Assembly (NCBI GenBank): GCA_965208125.1
Contig: OZ242320.1
Location: 288,001 to 352,000 of the forward strand
Direction: 5' to 3'
DNA from: Candidatus Latescibacterota bacterium
Lineage (GTDB): Bacteria; Latescibacterota; UBA2968
DNA length: 64,000 nt
Below, piece by piece: positions 17,896 to 27,961 of this stretch. The translations under genes were made by a program, and so were the position numbers. The first letter of the stretch is position 1; each line of letters starts with the position of its first letter. A model generated the notes under the pieces. The model saw only the letters and a program-made list of their open reading frames with translations, did no database searches and had not been told where the DNA came from.

Positions 17896-18684
17896 TCACG
17901 CACCCTCCACCGCTTTTCTAAGCTCATCGCCATTGCTTCGCCACCACGAATGCAGAACTGAGATATCCACCCCGATATTAAAATGTCGCACACCCATATC
18001 GAGATATTCCTTTGCCTCATCGGGCGACATAATCTCTGCGCGGGGGTGAACACCCATACTCAGCGCAGTCTTAAACACCTCATTCCTCGCATCTGCCACT
18101 GCGGGATCACCGCGCTGCCCCGCCTTGCCGACACTCATCGAATAATCTGAAGGTCCCCATTGCACCATATCCACGCCTGGAACCGAAAGAATTGCCTCCA
18201 GATTCTCCACCGCCTCCTTCTTTTCGATCATCAAAACCACAACCGTCTCTCGCATCGCCTTCACATACTCCGGTCCACCGCCATATCCCATATACGTATT
18301 GCGCCGCGTGTACACACTGTACAGACCACCATCTTCCGGCGTATCTGGAAGCGTAACGCGCACACATTCTTTCGCATCTTCTTCTGTGCGACAATCCGTA
18401 AACAAAATACTCCCAAAACCAGACCCGATCGCCCGCTGCGACAAATAGTACTGATGGCTACGATCAATTTTGAACATCATACCCATATTGTACAACTCGG
18501 CTGCGCGGCACAAATTGTCGAGGTCGTAGAGATCAAACGTACCGTATTCGCCAACGTATTCGACATAGTCGTAAAGCCCTGTATGTCCAATCGCCTCAAC
18601 AATCGCCGGCCAACTCGAATGAATGCGCGTACCAATAGTGGGTTCGCCCGCATCCAATTTTTCTCTAATTCTGTTGGGTTTCAA
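17896..18684 (-). CDS. HpcH/HpaI aldolase family protein
   Basis: MIEKKEAVENLEAILSVPGVD..WGPSDYSMS; TTG start with AAGGAG SD. Confidence 0.85.
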   Translation of the reverse strand: MKPNRIREKLDAGEPTIGTRIHSSWPAIVEAIGHTGLYDYVEYVGEYGTFDLYDLDNLCRAAELYNMGMMFKIDRSHQYYLSQRAIGSGFGSILFTDCRTEEDAKECVRVTLPDTPEDGGLYSVYTRRNTYMGYGGGPEYVKAMRETVVVLMIEKKEAVENLEAILSVPGVDMVQWGPSDYSMSVGKAGQRGDPAVADARNEVFKTALSMGVHPRAEIMSPDEAKEYLDMGVRHFNIGVDISVLHSWWRSNGDELRKAVEGA

Positions 18685-18709
18685 AATAAACTCCTTTGTG
18701 AGTGGTTAA

Positions 18710-19600
18710 TCACCCAAACAACGACTTAAAAACTCGCTTTGTCTTCTCCAGCACATCTTCGGGTAATACTTCTCCATCTGAAATTTTCACATTATCAGCG
18801 AGATGCTCCACATTCGTCGATCCTACAATAGCAGTACACACATCTTCGTGAGAAAGCGTAAACCTCAACGCAAATTCAATCAGCGGCATATCGCCCGCCA
18901 ATTCCCGCAACGGCATCTGCTGTGCCCGATCCCATGGATCGCCCATATACGAACCGTCTGGCCGCTCGGATTTGAGATACACCCCATTGGCAATCGGACG
19001 CTTGATAATCGTCCCCATATCCCGGTCGCGCAAAGTCGGCATCAAATTTTCAGCAGACTCCTGGAACAACACATTGTACGTAAACTCCTGCGTATCTAAC
19101 GCCCACTTCTGCGCTGCCTCAGCCGCTGCCGATCCATCAGCCGATACACCGACAAACTTCGTCCATCCCCTATCCTTAGCCTCCAACAGCGCGTCAAACG
19201 CCGCATCCCAATCGTCTGATTCTCCCGGCAGCCCGTGAAATTGCACAATATCGATCACATCCATCTTCAGCCTGGATCGACTCGTATCAATCGTCCTCAA
19301 AATGCCCTCGGGCGAATAATCCTTTACAATCTCGCGCTTGCCGCCATTGATCACCTGATAATCGCCGCACTTTGTCGCCAAAACAAAATCGTCCTGCCGA
19401 TGGGCGATAAACTTCCCGATCCGCTCTTCGCTATCGCCATACATCGCAGCCGTATCGATAAACGCGATACCCAAATCGAGCACCGTGTTCAGCACCGCTT
19501 CGACCTGCGATTCCGGCAGCGATGGATTCCCAATCTGCGCCGCGCCAAAACCGATCTCCGAAACTTGCAAACCCGTCTTTCCCAGCATCCGAAATTTCAT
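18710..19600 (-). CDS. Aldo/keto reductase
   Basis: LGKTGLQVSEIGFG, IDTAAMYG.SE, LATKCG. Confidence 0.9.
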   Translation of the reverse strand: MKFRMLGKTGLQVSEIGFGAAQIGNPSLPESQVEAVLNTVLDLGIAFIDTAAMYGDSEERIGKFIAHRQDDFVLATKCGDYQVINGGKREIVKDYSPEGILRTIDTSRSRLKMDVIDIVQFHGLPGESDDWDAAFDALLEAKDRGWTKFVGVSADGSAAAEAAQKWALDTQEFTYNVLFQESAENLMPTLRDRDMGTIIKRPIANGVYLKSERPDGSYMGDPWDRAQQMPLRELAGDMPLIEFALRFTLSHEDVCTAIVGSTNVEHLADNVKISDGEVLPEDVLEKTKRVFKSLFG

Positions 19601-19735
19601 CTCAATACTCTCACTTTACCTTCACGCATTCCGATATTTGCACAAGTCACCCAAATGTCGTATATAATACAACCAAAATCCACCAAAACCACCAAAAAAT
19701 CTCAACGGATATAGACTCGCTTGAGGAGAATTGAT

Positions 19736-20518
19736 ATGGACCTTGGATTGGAAGGAAAAGTTGCGGTTATTACAGGCGGCAGCGAGGGAATCGGCAGGGG
19801 AATCGCATTGCGGTTCCTGGAAGAGGGAGCGAAGGTCGCGATTTGTGCGCGACGCGATGATGTCTTGCAGCAGGCAGCGGAGGAACTCCGTGCATTGACC
19901 GATGGTGATGTCCTTGCTGTCCCTGCTGACGTGACCAAACCGGAAACACTAACGAGCTTCATCAACAGAACGGTCCAGCATTTCGGACGGATTGACATCC
20001 TGGTCAACAACGCGGGCCGGTCTGCCGCGAGCGCCTTCGATGATCTGGACGACGATGATTGGCATGCCGATTTAGATCTGAAACTGATGGGAGCTGTGCG
20101 TTGTGTGCGTCTGGTCATTCCTCAGATGAAACTCGTCGGAGGAGGACGGATTATCAACGTCACGCATCCGGGGGGCAAACAGCCTGGCGCAGCTTCTTAT
20201 CCAACCTCCGTGAGCCGCGCAGCGGGAATAGCGATGACCAAAGCGCTATCCAAGGAACTATTGCCTTACAACATCCTCGTAAACACCGTGTGCTTGACCT
20301 CTATCAAGAGCGCGCAGGGAGAACGCGCCTGGAAAGCGGAAGGTTCCCCCGGCACTTTAGAGGACTATTGGATTGAGCAGGCTGAGGAGCATCCACTGGG
20401 ACGTTTAGGTGAACCCTCTGATGCTGGCGCGCTCGTCGCCTTCCTCGCTTCGGAATGCGCTTCTTTCATCACCGGCACGGCGATTAACCTCGATGGCGGA
20501 TTGTCCAACGTCGTATAG
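19736..20518 (+). CDS. Short-chain dehydrogenase/reductase
   Basis: TGGSEGIG, LVNNAG, ITGTAINLDGG; catalytic motif atypical (TSVSR). Confidence 0.88.
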   Translation: MDLGLEGKVAVITGGSEGIGRGIALRFLEEGAKVAICARRDDVLQQAAEELRALTDGDVLAVPADVTKPETLTSFINRTVQHFGRIDILVNNAGRSAASAFDDLDDDDWHADLDLKLMGAVRCVRLVIPQMKLVGGGRIINVTHPGGKQPGAASYPTSVSRAAGIAMTKALSKELLPYNILVNTVCLTSIKSAQGERAWKAEGSPGTLEDYWIEQAEEHPLGRLGEPSDAGALVAFLASECASFITGTAINLDGGLSNVV

Positions 20519-20537
20519 CAATAGTGAGGGAAGATAA

Positions 20538-22007
20538 ATGACACAACGCCCAAACATCCTCTTCTGCATTGCCGACGATCAATCCTGGCCCCACGCCAGT
20601 GCTTATGGCTGTCCCTGGGTCAACACCCCGGCATTTGACCGCATCGCACGCGAAGGCATCCTCTTCAACAACGCCTTCACACCCAATGCCAAATGCGCCC
20701 CATCCAGAGCCGCCATCCTCACTGGTCGCTATTCCTGGCAACTTCAAGAAGCCTGCAACCACCTCTGCTTTTTCCCATCGGACTACGTCACCTATCCCGA
20801 ACTTTTCAAAGACGCCGGATACGCCACGGGATTCACCGGCAAAGGCTGGGGACCGGGCGAACCGGGCACATATCCAGATGGCTCACCACGCAAACTCGTC
20901 GGTCCCGAACACAACGACCTCAAACTCAATCCCCCCACAAAAAGCATTGCCAATATAGACTACGCCGCCAATTTCGCTGCTTTTCTCAATGCCAAACCCG
21001 ACGACCAGCCCTTCTGCTTCTGGTATGGCGGCAAAGAACCCCACCGCGGCTACGAATACGGCTCTGGCGTGCGCCTCGGGGGAAAATCCCTCTCTGACAT
21101 CGACGAAGTACCCTCCTGCTGGCCGGCAACCGAAGACGTCAAAAACGACATGCTCGACTACGCCTTTGAAATCGAATGGTTCGACAAACACCTGGGCCAA
21201 ATCCTCGACATCCTCGAAGAACGCGGCGAACTCGACAACACCCTCATCATGGTCACCTCAGACAATGGCATGCCCTTTCCGCGCATGAAAGGCCAACTCT
21301 ACGAAATAGCGTACCACATGCCACTGGCCGCCATGTGGAAAAACGCGATCGAACCGGGCCGAATAGTTGACGACCTCGTCAATTTCGTTGACTTTGCCCC
21401 CACCTTCCTCGAAGCCGCGGGCATTGACATCCATTCCCAAATCACCGGCAAAAGCCTCATGCCCATCTTCAAATCCAGCAAATCGGGCATCATCGACCCG
21501 GAGCGCACCGTCCTCATCTCGGGCAAAGAACGCCACGACATCTGCCGTCCCGGCACCGTGGGCTATCCCATCCGCGGCATCCGCGACCACCGCCACCTCT
21601 ACCTGCGAAATTTTGAACCCGACCGCTGGCCGGCTGGCAACCCCGAAGTCTATTACCGCAACATCGATGACTCACCCACCAAAACGCGCGTCGTCGAAGA
21701 AAAAGAACAGGGCAATGAGACCTACTGGCAACTCTGCATGGGCAAACGCCCCAAAGAAGAACTCTACGATATCCAGGCCGATCCCCACTGCATCACCAAC
21801 CTCGCCGAAAGCACCGACCACCAGACCATCAAAAACGCACTCTGGCAAAAACTTCGCAAAACCCTCAAACAACACGGCGACCCCCGCATGGAAGGTCGCG
21901 GCCACATCTTTGACGAATACCCCGTCACCAACCCAGAACAAGAGCAAAGAGTCAAAGAACGGTTCCGCATCGCCAGAGAAACGGGTACTTTCTTTAAAAG
22001 CAATTAA
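20538..22007 (+). CDS. Sulfatase (N-sulfoglucosamine sulfohydrolase-like)
   Basis: RPNILFCIADD, CAPSR, EPHR, SDNGMPFPR, KERHD, YP.RGIR. Confidence 0.9.
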   Translation: MTQRPNILFCIADDQSWPHASAYGCPWVNTPAFDRIAREGILFNNAFTPNAKCAPSRAAILTGRYSWQLQEACNHLCFFPSDYVTYPELFKDAGYATGFTGKGWGPGEPGTYPDGSPRKLVGPEHNDLKLNPPTKSIANIDYAANFAAFLNAKPDDQPFCFWYGGKEPHRGYEYGSGVRLGGKSLSDIDEVPSCWPATEDVKNDMLDYAFEIEWFDKHLGQILDILEERGELDNTLIMVTSDNGMPFPRMKGQLYEIAYHMPLAAMWKNAIEPGRIVDDLVNFVDFAPTFLEAAGIDIHSQITGKSLMPIFKSSKSGIIDPERTVLISGKERHDICRPGTVGYPIRGIRDHRHLYLRNFEPDRWPAGNPEVYYRNIDDSPTKTRVVEEKEQGNETYWQLCMGKRPKEELYDIQADPHCITNLAESTDHQTIKNALWQKLRKTLKQHGDPRMEGRGHIFDEYPVTNPEQEQRVKERFRIARETGTFFKSN

Positions 22008-22036
22008 CGTAACCGCATATCCTACAACGGCTGCCC

Positions 22037-22306
22037 CTGAAAACAGTCTCCCTACAAATCACATATCGCAAGGGCAAACCATTTGCTGCCTATATTTCTC
22101 TCTCTCATTGGTGTGGACAGAAAAGTGTACGCACCGAAGCGGTAACAGAAGACCTGCTCATAGACTATGCTCAAGACGGTACACCGCTTGGAATTGAGAT
22201 CGTCTCACCCGAAATCGTGAGTATAGATTAGATACAGAGCGTCTTTGATCGTCTGGGACTTGGCAGACCGGATCCCGTAGAGTTGGAGCCGCTCAATGCA
22301 GCGTAA
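22037..22306 (+). pseudogene. DUF2283-like protein pseudogene
   Basis: (L)KTVSLQITYRKGKPFAAYISL...SVRTEAVTEDLLIDYAQDGTPLGIEIVSPEIVSID*IQSVFDRLGL...LNAA*; CTG in place of a start codon, TAG at 22229-22231. Confidence 0.65.
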
Positions 22307-22415
22307 CTGTGCCTGCGGACACATTAATCCAAACGTTTGAATATGCCTTCTTAAAATTTTTCTCGGAGCTACGATGACTTTTTTCTTTTTACAGAAACTT
22401 ATGGACTCTATCGCA

Positions 22416-24035
22416 ATGCGCCTGCTGAAAGTATTGATAAGTATTCTCATGGCCATGATGATGCAGTCCTGCAAAATAGAAATGCCGTCGCTGGTGGAGA
22501 TAATCGCATCATACAAAGTAGGTCTTGATATATACGACAACTTTAAATCCACGGAAAGTGCGTACAGCTTCAGAAACAGTGAGGCACTTAAAGCAAAAAC
22601 AGGATTCAAAGATACCCTGATTATCGGTGATAATCAAGACAATGTGCATGGAATGTCCATGGAAGCCATTATGAAAAGCGCAGACATCCCTGAAAAAAAC
22701 ATGGTGTTTTTCAAAGAGTTTGGCAAAACCCGACCCAGTAGCAGTAATCTAGGATTAGCAATGCTCACTTCAGATGAATGGACGGCGTTACGAAGAAAAA
22801 CAAAAGTAGTGCACGTACCTTACACGCTGCCGCTCTATGCGAATAATGATGCGTCAAAAATAGCGGCAAACGAAATGCTATTCATTGTAGCAGCGGGCAA
22901 TTGGCTAGGTGACCTTGATATATATAACATTAACCATGTGATATGGCACAGCGATGATCCCGGACTAGATCGTCTGTACAAAAGAAACTATAGAAACATT
23001 TTGAATGTATACAGCACCGGCAAAGCCATAGCGGCAACAAGCGCGCTAGTGACAGAAACAGGGAAGATAGAACCGCGCAGAGGAGTGGTGCGGTGCGGGG
23101 ATATCAAAGAGGCGTGTTTTGTCACGCTGCCGGGGCAAACCACATCAAGTGCCTCAGCGCGTCTCGCAGCAATGTCTTTCTACCTCTCACAATTTTGGGA
23201 AACACCGGAAGAAGTGGTGGAGGTATTGAAAGAATGCGCGATTGATATAGGGGAACCCGGAGTTGACAGAATGTACGGGAATGGAGCAGTCAATTTGTTG
23301 TGCCCCAGAGTCTTGAAAAAAGAAATTGAAGTGGTTTCAGAATATCTGGGAGACACAGGAAAGAGAGGAGAAAGAGCAGAGGGAGGAGAAATTGAAGGAA
23401 GGTGGAAAGCGAACAATACAATGCTGCAAGTCCGTATACCTCCTGCGCTCAAAAAAACGCTGCAGGCGAAGTGCTCAGGAAAAACAACGGGCACAATAAA
23501 ATTTAAAGAAGGAAACGTTACGGCGAACTTTACGACAGAAGCAGTCGTGCGCGTTGTGTTTTTGGTGACAGAGCCAATAGAGGCAAAAGCTAAAGACACG
23601 GTGCGGACCGAAGGAACAGCTGCGGCAGTGAGTAATGTTCTCAGCATACAGTCTGAAACGGAATCACTGCGCTACACCTACACCGCAACAGAGGATTCCC
23701 TGCATCTGGTTAAGTCATTAACGTTAAACGAAGTTCTGGCGCTGTTGCCGAATCCTTTGGGGAGCATGGTGGATATGGCATCACCTGATTTCTTTAAAGA
23801 TGATCCCATACAGATACGAATGAGTTTTGCGAAAGAAAAACCGATTCTTCTCGGTGACTTCAATGAAGACGGAACGGTTGATGCCGCTGATTTTCTGTTG
23901 TTTGTGGAAGCGTTCGGATCCTCTCGAGGAGACATACATTTTGAAGAACGCATGGATATTGTTCCAGACGGAATAATTAACATCGCGGACCTTCTGCTCT
24001 TTTTTGAAAACTTCGGAAAAACAAGTGATTCGTAA
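22416..24035 (+). CDS. Lipoprotein: compact subtilase(S8)-like domain plus C-terminal dockerin/EF-hand
   Basis: Lipobox MQSC; IIGD, VHG, VAAGN, TTSSASARLAA, DIGEPGVDRMYGNG; GDFNEDGTVDAADFLLF...DGIINIAD. Confidence 0.7.
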   Translation: MRLLKVLISILMAMMMQSCKIEMPSLVEIIASYKVGLDIYDNFKSTESAYSFRNSEALKAKTGFKDTLIIGDNQDNVHGMSMEAIMKSADIPEKNMVFFKEFGKTRPSSSNLGLAMLTSDEWTALRRKTKVVHVPYTLPLYANNDASKIAANEMLFIVAAGNWLGDLDIYNINHVIWHSDDPGLDRLYKRNYRNILNVYSTGKAIAATSALVTETGKIEPRRGVVRCGDIKEACFVTLPGQTTSSASARLAAMSFYLSQFWETPEEVVEVLKECAIDIGEPGVDRMYGNGAVNLLCPRVLKKEIEVVSEYLGDTGKRGERAEGGEIEGRWKANNTMLQVRIPPALKKTLQAKCSGKTTGTIKFKEGNVTANFTTEAVVRVVFLVTEPIEAKAKDTVRTEGTAAAVSNVLSIQSETESLRYTYTATEDSLHLVKSLTLNEVLALLPNPLGSMVDMASPDFFKDDPIQIRMSFAKEKPILLGDFNEDGTVDAADFLLFVEAFGSSRGDIHFEERMDIVPDGIINIADLLLFFENFGKTSDS

Positions 24036-24058
24036 AAGTTTTCTTCCTTTCTTTTTTT

Positions 24059-24088
24059 CAAACCCCCGCTCGCTGAGCGGGGGTTTTT
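24059..24088 (+). terminator. Intrinsic terminator
   Basis: AAACCCCCGCTC-GCT-GAGCGGGGGTTTTT. Confidence 0.85.
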
Positions 24089-24414
24089 CTTTGTGTGATA
24101 GGGCACATCGCCAACTTTCAGAGCGGACACAAAGATACATATTTTTCACAATATCCCATCGGTCAGGGATCAAAACGTACACCTTTGTATCCCAACCCGT
24201 TCTTTATCCTGTGTGCGATCCTTAAATTCAAGTGGTGATCAAGCGCACAATACAGCGTATTAAAAGCACAATGAGAGATTTGGCCTGTTGCCAGCACAAT
24301 TTGTGGTTCAATTCGGTGAGGTTGGCTTGATATTTGCTGAGGGTCTAAGCAAAAATAACAGCCACCCATCAGACCCGGGCAACTGAAAAAAATAAAAAAA
24401 TGGAGGTGTACACC

Positions 24415-24843
24415 ATGGCGACCATGGCGACAGAAGTCTATCGGGCATTTCGAAAAGCGGGCGTAAGCGAATATATAGCGACAGCAGCGGCTTCGGTGAT
24501 CCCCTACAAAGGTGATATAGCAGACCTGGTGACAAAGCAAGACTTGTCAGACGTGCAGATTGAGGTCGCGGAACTGCGTGCAGAGTTGAAGCGGGACGCA
24601 GCAAAGTTGCGTGCAGAGGTAAAACAAGACAGGGCAGAGTTGAAGCAAGATATAGCGGAAATAAGTGGTGAAGTGGCGGAACTAAAGGGCAAAGTGGCAA
24701 AGTTGTATGCAGAGATAAAACAAGACAGGGCAGAGTTGAAGTCTGGGTTGAGAGTCTTAAAAGTTGTTTATGCACCTATCCTGATATCCCTTTTGGTAGC
24801 ACTTATCGGAATGGTCGCTAAGTTGGCTCTCTTTGCCAATTGA
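24415..24843 (+). CDS. CCDC90/DUF1640-like membrane-anchored coiled-coil protein
   Basis: EVYRAFRKAGVSE head, LVTKQDL neck, heptad/hendecad stalk, C-terminal TM; GGAGG SD. Confidence 0.7.
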   Translation: MATMATEVYRAFRKAGVSEYIATAAASVIPYKGDIADLVTKQDLSDVQIEVAELRAELKRDAAKLRAEVKQDRAELKQDIAEISGEVAELKGKVAKLYAEIKQDRAELKSGLRVLKVVYAPILISLLVALIGMVAKLALFAN

Positions 24844-24881
24844 AGTTCAACATCAAGGTGGATAACAAGAAAGGAGATTAT

Positions 24882-26012
24882 ATGTCATTGAAATGCAAAA
24901 TAGGTATTCTTTTTTTGGCCTGCCACTTCTCTATCCTGGCCTGCAATGGTACACCTACATCACCTCCTGATAGTGATTCCGAAGTGGTTCTGACCAGCCT
25001 GTATTGGGAAATCGCTGGCGGTATCACCGAAGGTGCCAAGCTCAGGATTAAAGTGGGTCAGCAGGCGAAAATGGTGGCTGTATTCAATGCCCGTCCATCA
25101 GGATCGTTTATATTTAACGTTTACGAGACAGATCGGTTAGGTAATCAACTTGTAACAGACACCACAGTTCCTCGTCATTCAAGTCTTTCAGAGATCGTAT
25201 CGGCATCTAATACCAACGTTGAACAAGACAGAGATAGATATAAACTATCGGTATCGTGGACAGCAGTCTTTCAGGTTGGACGAGAGACCCGCACGCCTGA
25301 TTTGGCAGAATATTATTTTATCGTTGAGCAAGATGGACAGGTACTTGGGAACATGTTAGAGAATGCCAATAAACTTACTGAGAATAAGTTGGCTCCTTTG
25401 CTTGAGGTAGAATCTTCGACGACAGTTATCAGGCGTAGCGACAAAAAAGACTGCATCGTAGAAGTGTTGTTCAACCTAAACTCGGGTTTAGCTGATATGC
25501 GGACTCGTCATGACTATAATGATTATGGGAATTGCCCTCCTGTGTTCAATTGTGATAAAATGACTGGCACCGAAGGCTATCGAGGTGGTCATGCAGGATG
25601 GGATGTTAGAACATTTTACGAGCAAGATAAAAAATTGAGAAACGCAACATTTTATTCTTTAACTGCCGGGATCGTTGTGAATGTAAGTGATTTGAACACC
25701 ATCGCTATTTATGATTCTGATAATGACAAAACAACAGTGTATCTTCATGCTTCAGAGGTAGATCGAAGTATTAAAATAAAAGCAAATTCCACGCCGCAAG
25801 GCTTTGTTCATACAGGTGATCTTTTGGGAAAACAAGGAGAAAAAGGCTTTGCTACGGCTCCCCATGTACATATCGAAGTCAGAGAGGGAATGACAAGGTT
25901 GGGATCGCTTGGTGCTGGTGCCACCGATAGTGCTACGACAGCGCACGCAAGCATAGATCCGATTGATTATCTCTATAAAGTAGTGCAGGTAGCGAAAGGC
26001 GGTGAGAGGTGA
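24882..26012 (+). CDS. Lipoprotein with M23 metallopeptidase domain
   Basis: Lipobox ILAC; HAGWD, VYLH, G.LLG.QG..G.ATAPHVHIEVR, IDP; AAGGAG SD. Confidence 0.8.
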   Translation: MSLKCKIGILFLACHFSILACNGTPTSPPDSDSEVVLTSLYWEIAGGITEGAKLRIKVGQQAKMVAVFNARPSGSFIFNVYETDRLGNQLVTDTTVPRHSSLSEIVSASNTNVEQDRDRYKLSVSWTAVFQVGRETRTPDLAEYYFIVEQDGQVLGNMLENANKLTENKLAPLLEVESSTTVIRRSDKKDCIVEVLFNLNSGLADMRTRHDYNDYGNCPPVFNCDKMTGTEGYRGGHAGWDVRTFYEQDKKLRNATFYSLTAGIVVNVSDLNTIAIYDSDNDKTTVYLHASEVDRSIKIKANSTPQGFVHTGDLLGKQGEKGFATAPHVHIEVREGMTRLGSLGAGATDSATTAHASIDPIDYLYKVVQVAKGGER

Positions 26013-26272
26013 GGCGTAAGAAGTGAGTACGCCATCCAACTCACCAGTCCCCAGCCTCCCCCCCCCCATACAGTCCATTGACTTTTTGCTGTGATGGCAT
26101 ATCTTCTTCACAAGAAGCCGCCCCCTCTATCCAGAGAGAAACAAGAGGTCTGTCCTGGCCGAAACACCCGAATCTTAAGCGGCCACAGCCTCGGATAATA
26201 TCTATTAGGACATTGCTTATCTGTGCGAAGACCTACAAGACCTGCGCCTGCTGACAAAATACAGGGGAAACC

Positions 26273-27820
26273 ATGACCAAACGCAGACTGCCCATCGGCA
26301 TTCAGACCTTTCGCAAAATTCGGGAGGAGAACTGCTACTATGTCGATAAGACCGCCTATATCCAGAAGCTGCTCGACGAGGGCACGCACTACTTTTTATC
26401 GCGCCCACGTCGCTTTGGCAAGAGCCTGTTTCTGGACACGGTGAAGGAACTGTTTGAGGGCAATGAACCGCTGTTCGAGGGGCTGGACATCCACGGCCAC
26501 TGGGACTGGTCTGTTCGCTATCCCGTCCTGCGCCTCGACTTTGGCAGGGGCAATTTCAAAGAGGCGGGCTATCTGCAGGCGAATGTGATGGAACAACTTG
26601 CAGCTATAGAACGTCGAGCGAAAATCGTCTCCGAGTACACCACTGCCCCCGGACGCTTCGCGTCTATTATGGAAATCCTTCACGAAAAAGCAGGACAACG
26701 CGTTGTCGTTCTTGTTGACGAATACGACAAGCCGATTCTGGATGCTCTGGAAGAACCGGAGATCGCGCGCGACAACCGCGACTTTCTGCGTGGTCTGTAT
26801 TCGACGATCAAGTCCAATGATGCCCATATCAAATTCACATTCCTCACGGGCGTCAGCAAATTCTCCAAAGTCAGCCTGTTCTCTGGTCTCAACAATCTTA
26901 CAGACATCACCATTGATCCACAATATTCCGCCATCTGCGGCTACACCGAGGAGGACCTCGACACCGTATTCGCGCCAGAACTGCCGGATCTGGATCGGGA
27001 TGAGATCCGCGACTGGTACAATGGCTATAGCTGGCGGGGACAGGAGAAGGTCTATAACCCCTTCGACATCCTCTTGTTGTTCAGAAGGCAGAGCTTCGAA
27101 GCCTACTGGTTCGAGACCGGCACGCCTACATTTCTGATCGAGACACTACTATCGCGCGGGGTCGGTGCGCTGGCTCTGGACAACATGCTGGGCAGTGATG
27201 ATTTGCTGTCGGCTTTTGATGTTGACCACATCGCCACCGAAGCCCTGCTGTTCCAGACCGGCTATCTCACGATTATCCAAACCGAACCGCGCGGTGGCGA
27301 GATGTACTATCGGCTATCCTATCCGAATCGGGAAGTGCGTCAGAGCTTGAACAGAAGCCTGCTAAATCACCTGACTGGCGATCCCTCACAGCGCACGGAG
27401 CATCGCGCCCGTCTGTATGACTTGCTGCTGGTCAATGACTTTGTTGGCCTGGAAAGCCTGTTCAAGGCGTTCTTTGCCAGCATTCCCTACCAGTGGCACA
27501 CAAACAATGAAATAGCGAACTACGAAGGCTACTACGCCAGCGTCTTCTACTCCTACTTCGCATCGGTGGGATTGGACATCGTGGTGGAAGACAGTGGCAG
27601 CGATGGGCGTCTGGACATGGCGGTTCGTTTCAACGACAATGTGTATCTGTTCGAGTTCAAGGTTGTAGAATTGGCACCGGAAGGGGCTGCAATGGCGCAA
27701 TTGAAGGCAAAGGGATATGCGGATAAATATCGGGGTCTGGATCAACCGATCCACCTGATCGGTGTAGAGTTCAGCAAGGACACCCGCAATATCACGGCCT
27801 TTGAGGTCATATCAGCGTGA
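26273..27820 (+). CDS. AAA-ATPase-like protein with C-terminal PD-(D/E)XK nuclease domain
   Basis: LPIGIQTF, YYVDKT, SRPRRFGKS, LVDEYDKP, YWFETGTP, GRLD...FEFK. Confidence 0.92.
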   Translation: MTKRRLPIGIQTFRKIREENCYYVDKTAYIQKLLDEGTHYFLSRPRRFGKSLFLDTVKELFEGNEPLFEGLDIHGHWDWSVRYPVLRLDFGRGNFKEAGYLQANVMEQLAAIERRAKIVSEYTTAPGRFASIMEILHEKAGQRVVVLVDEYDKPILDALEEPEIARDNRDFLRGLYSTIKSNDAHIKFTFLTGVSKFSKVSLFSGLNNLTDITIDPQYSAICGYTEEDLDTVFAPELPDLDRDEIRDWYNGYSWRGQEKVYNPFDILLLFRRQSFEAYWFETGTPTFLIETLLSRGVGALALDNMLGSDDLLSAFDVDHIATEALLFQTGYLTIIQTEPRGGEMYYRLSYPNREVRQSLNRSLLNHLTGDPSQRTEHRARLYDLLLVNDFVGLESLFKAFFASIPYQWHTNNEIANYEGYYASVFYSYFASVGLDIVVEDSGSDGRLDMAVRFNDNVYLFEFKVVELAPEGAAMAQLKAKGYADKYRGLDQPIHLIGVEFSKDTRNITAFEVISA

Positions 27821-27951
27821 GAAATTAGGAAGTCAAAACCTCAGGAACACCTGCTTTCAACCTGCCGGACCAAACCGGGCTTCGGATTGAAGAAGCACTG
27901 AGCATTTACGTTGAGGATATTGTCCTGAGTGCTGGACAGGAGGGCATATAA
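27821..27951 (+). pseudogene. Tyrosine recombinase/integrase fragment
   Basis: EIRKSKPQEHLL / (frameshift near 27856) FNLPDQTGLRIEEALSIYVEDIVL; box I TGxRxxE. Confidence 0.6.
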
Positions 27952-27961
27952 GGAGCAGGCA

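Noticed and set aside
22229-22231. In-frame TAG as pyrrolysine or recoding
   Set aside because: The start codon is also lost and there is no pyl context; a GAG/CAG-to-TAG nonsense change in a pseudogene is simpler.
26140-26190. Hammerhead-like GGCCGAAAC motif
   Set aside because: The CTGANGA core and the required stems are absent.
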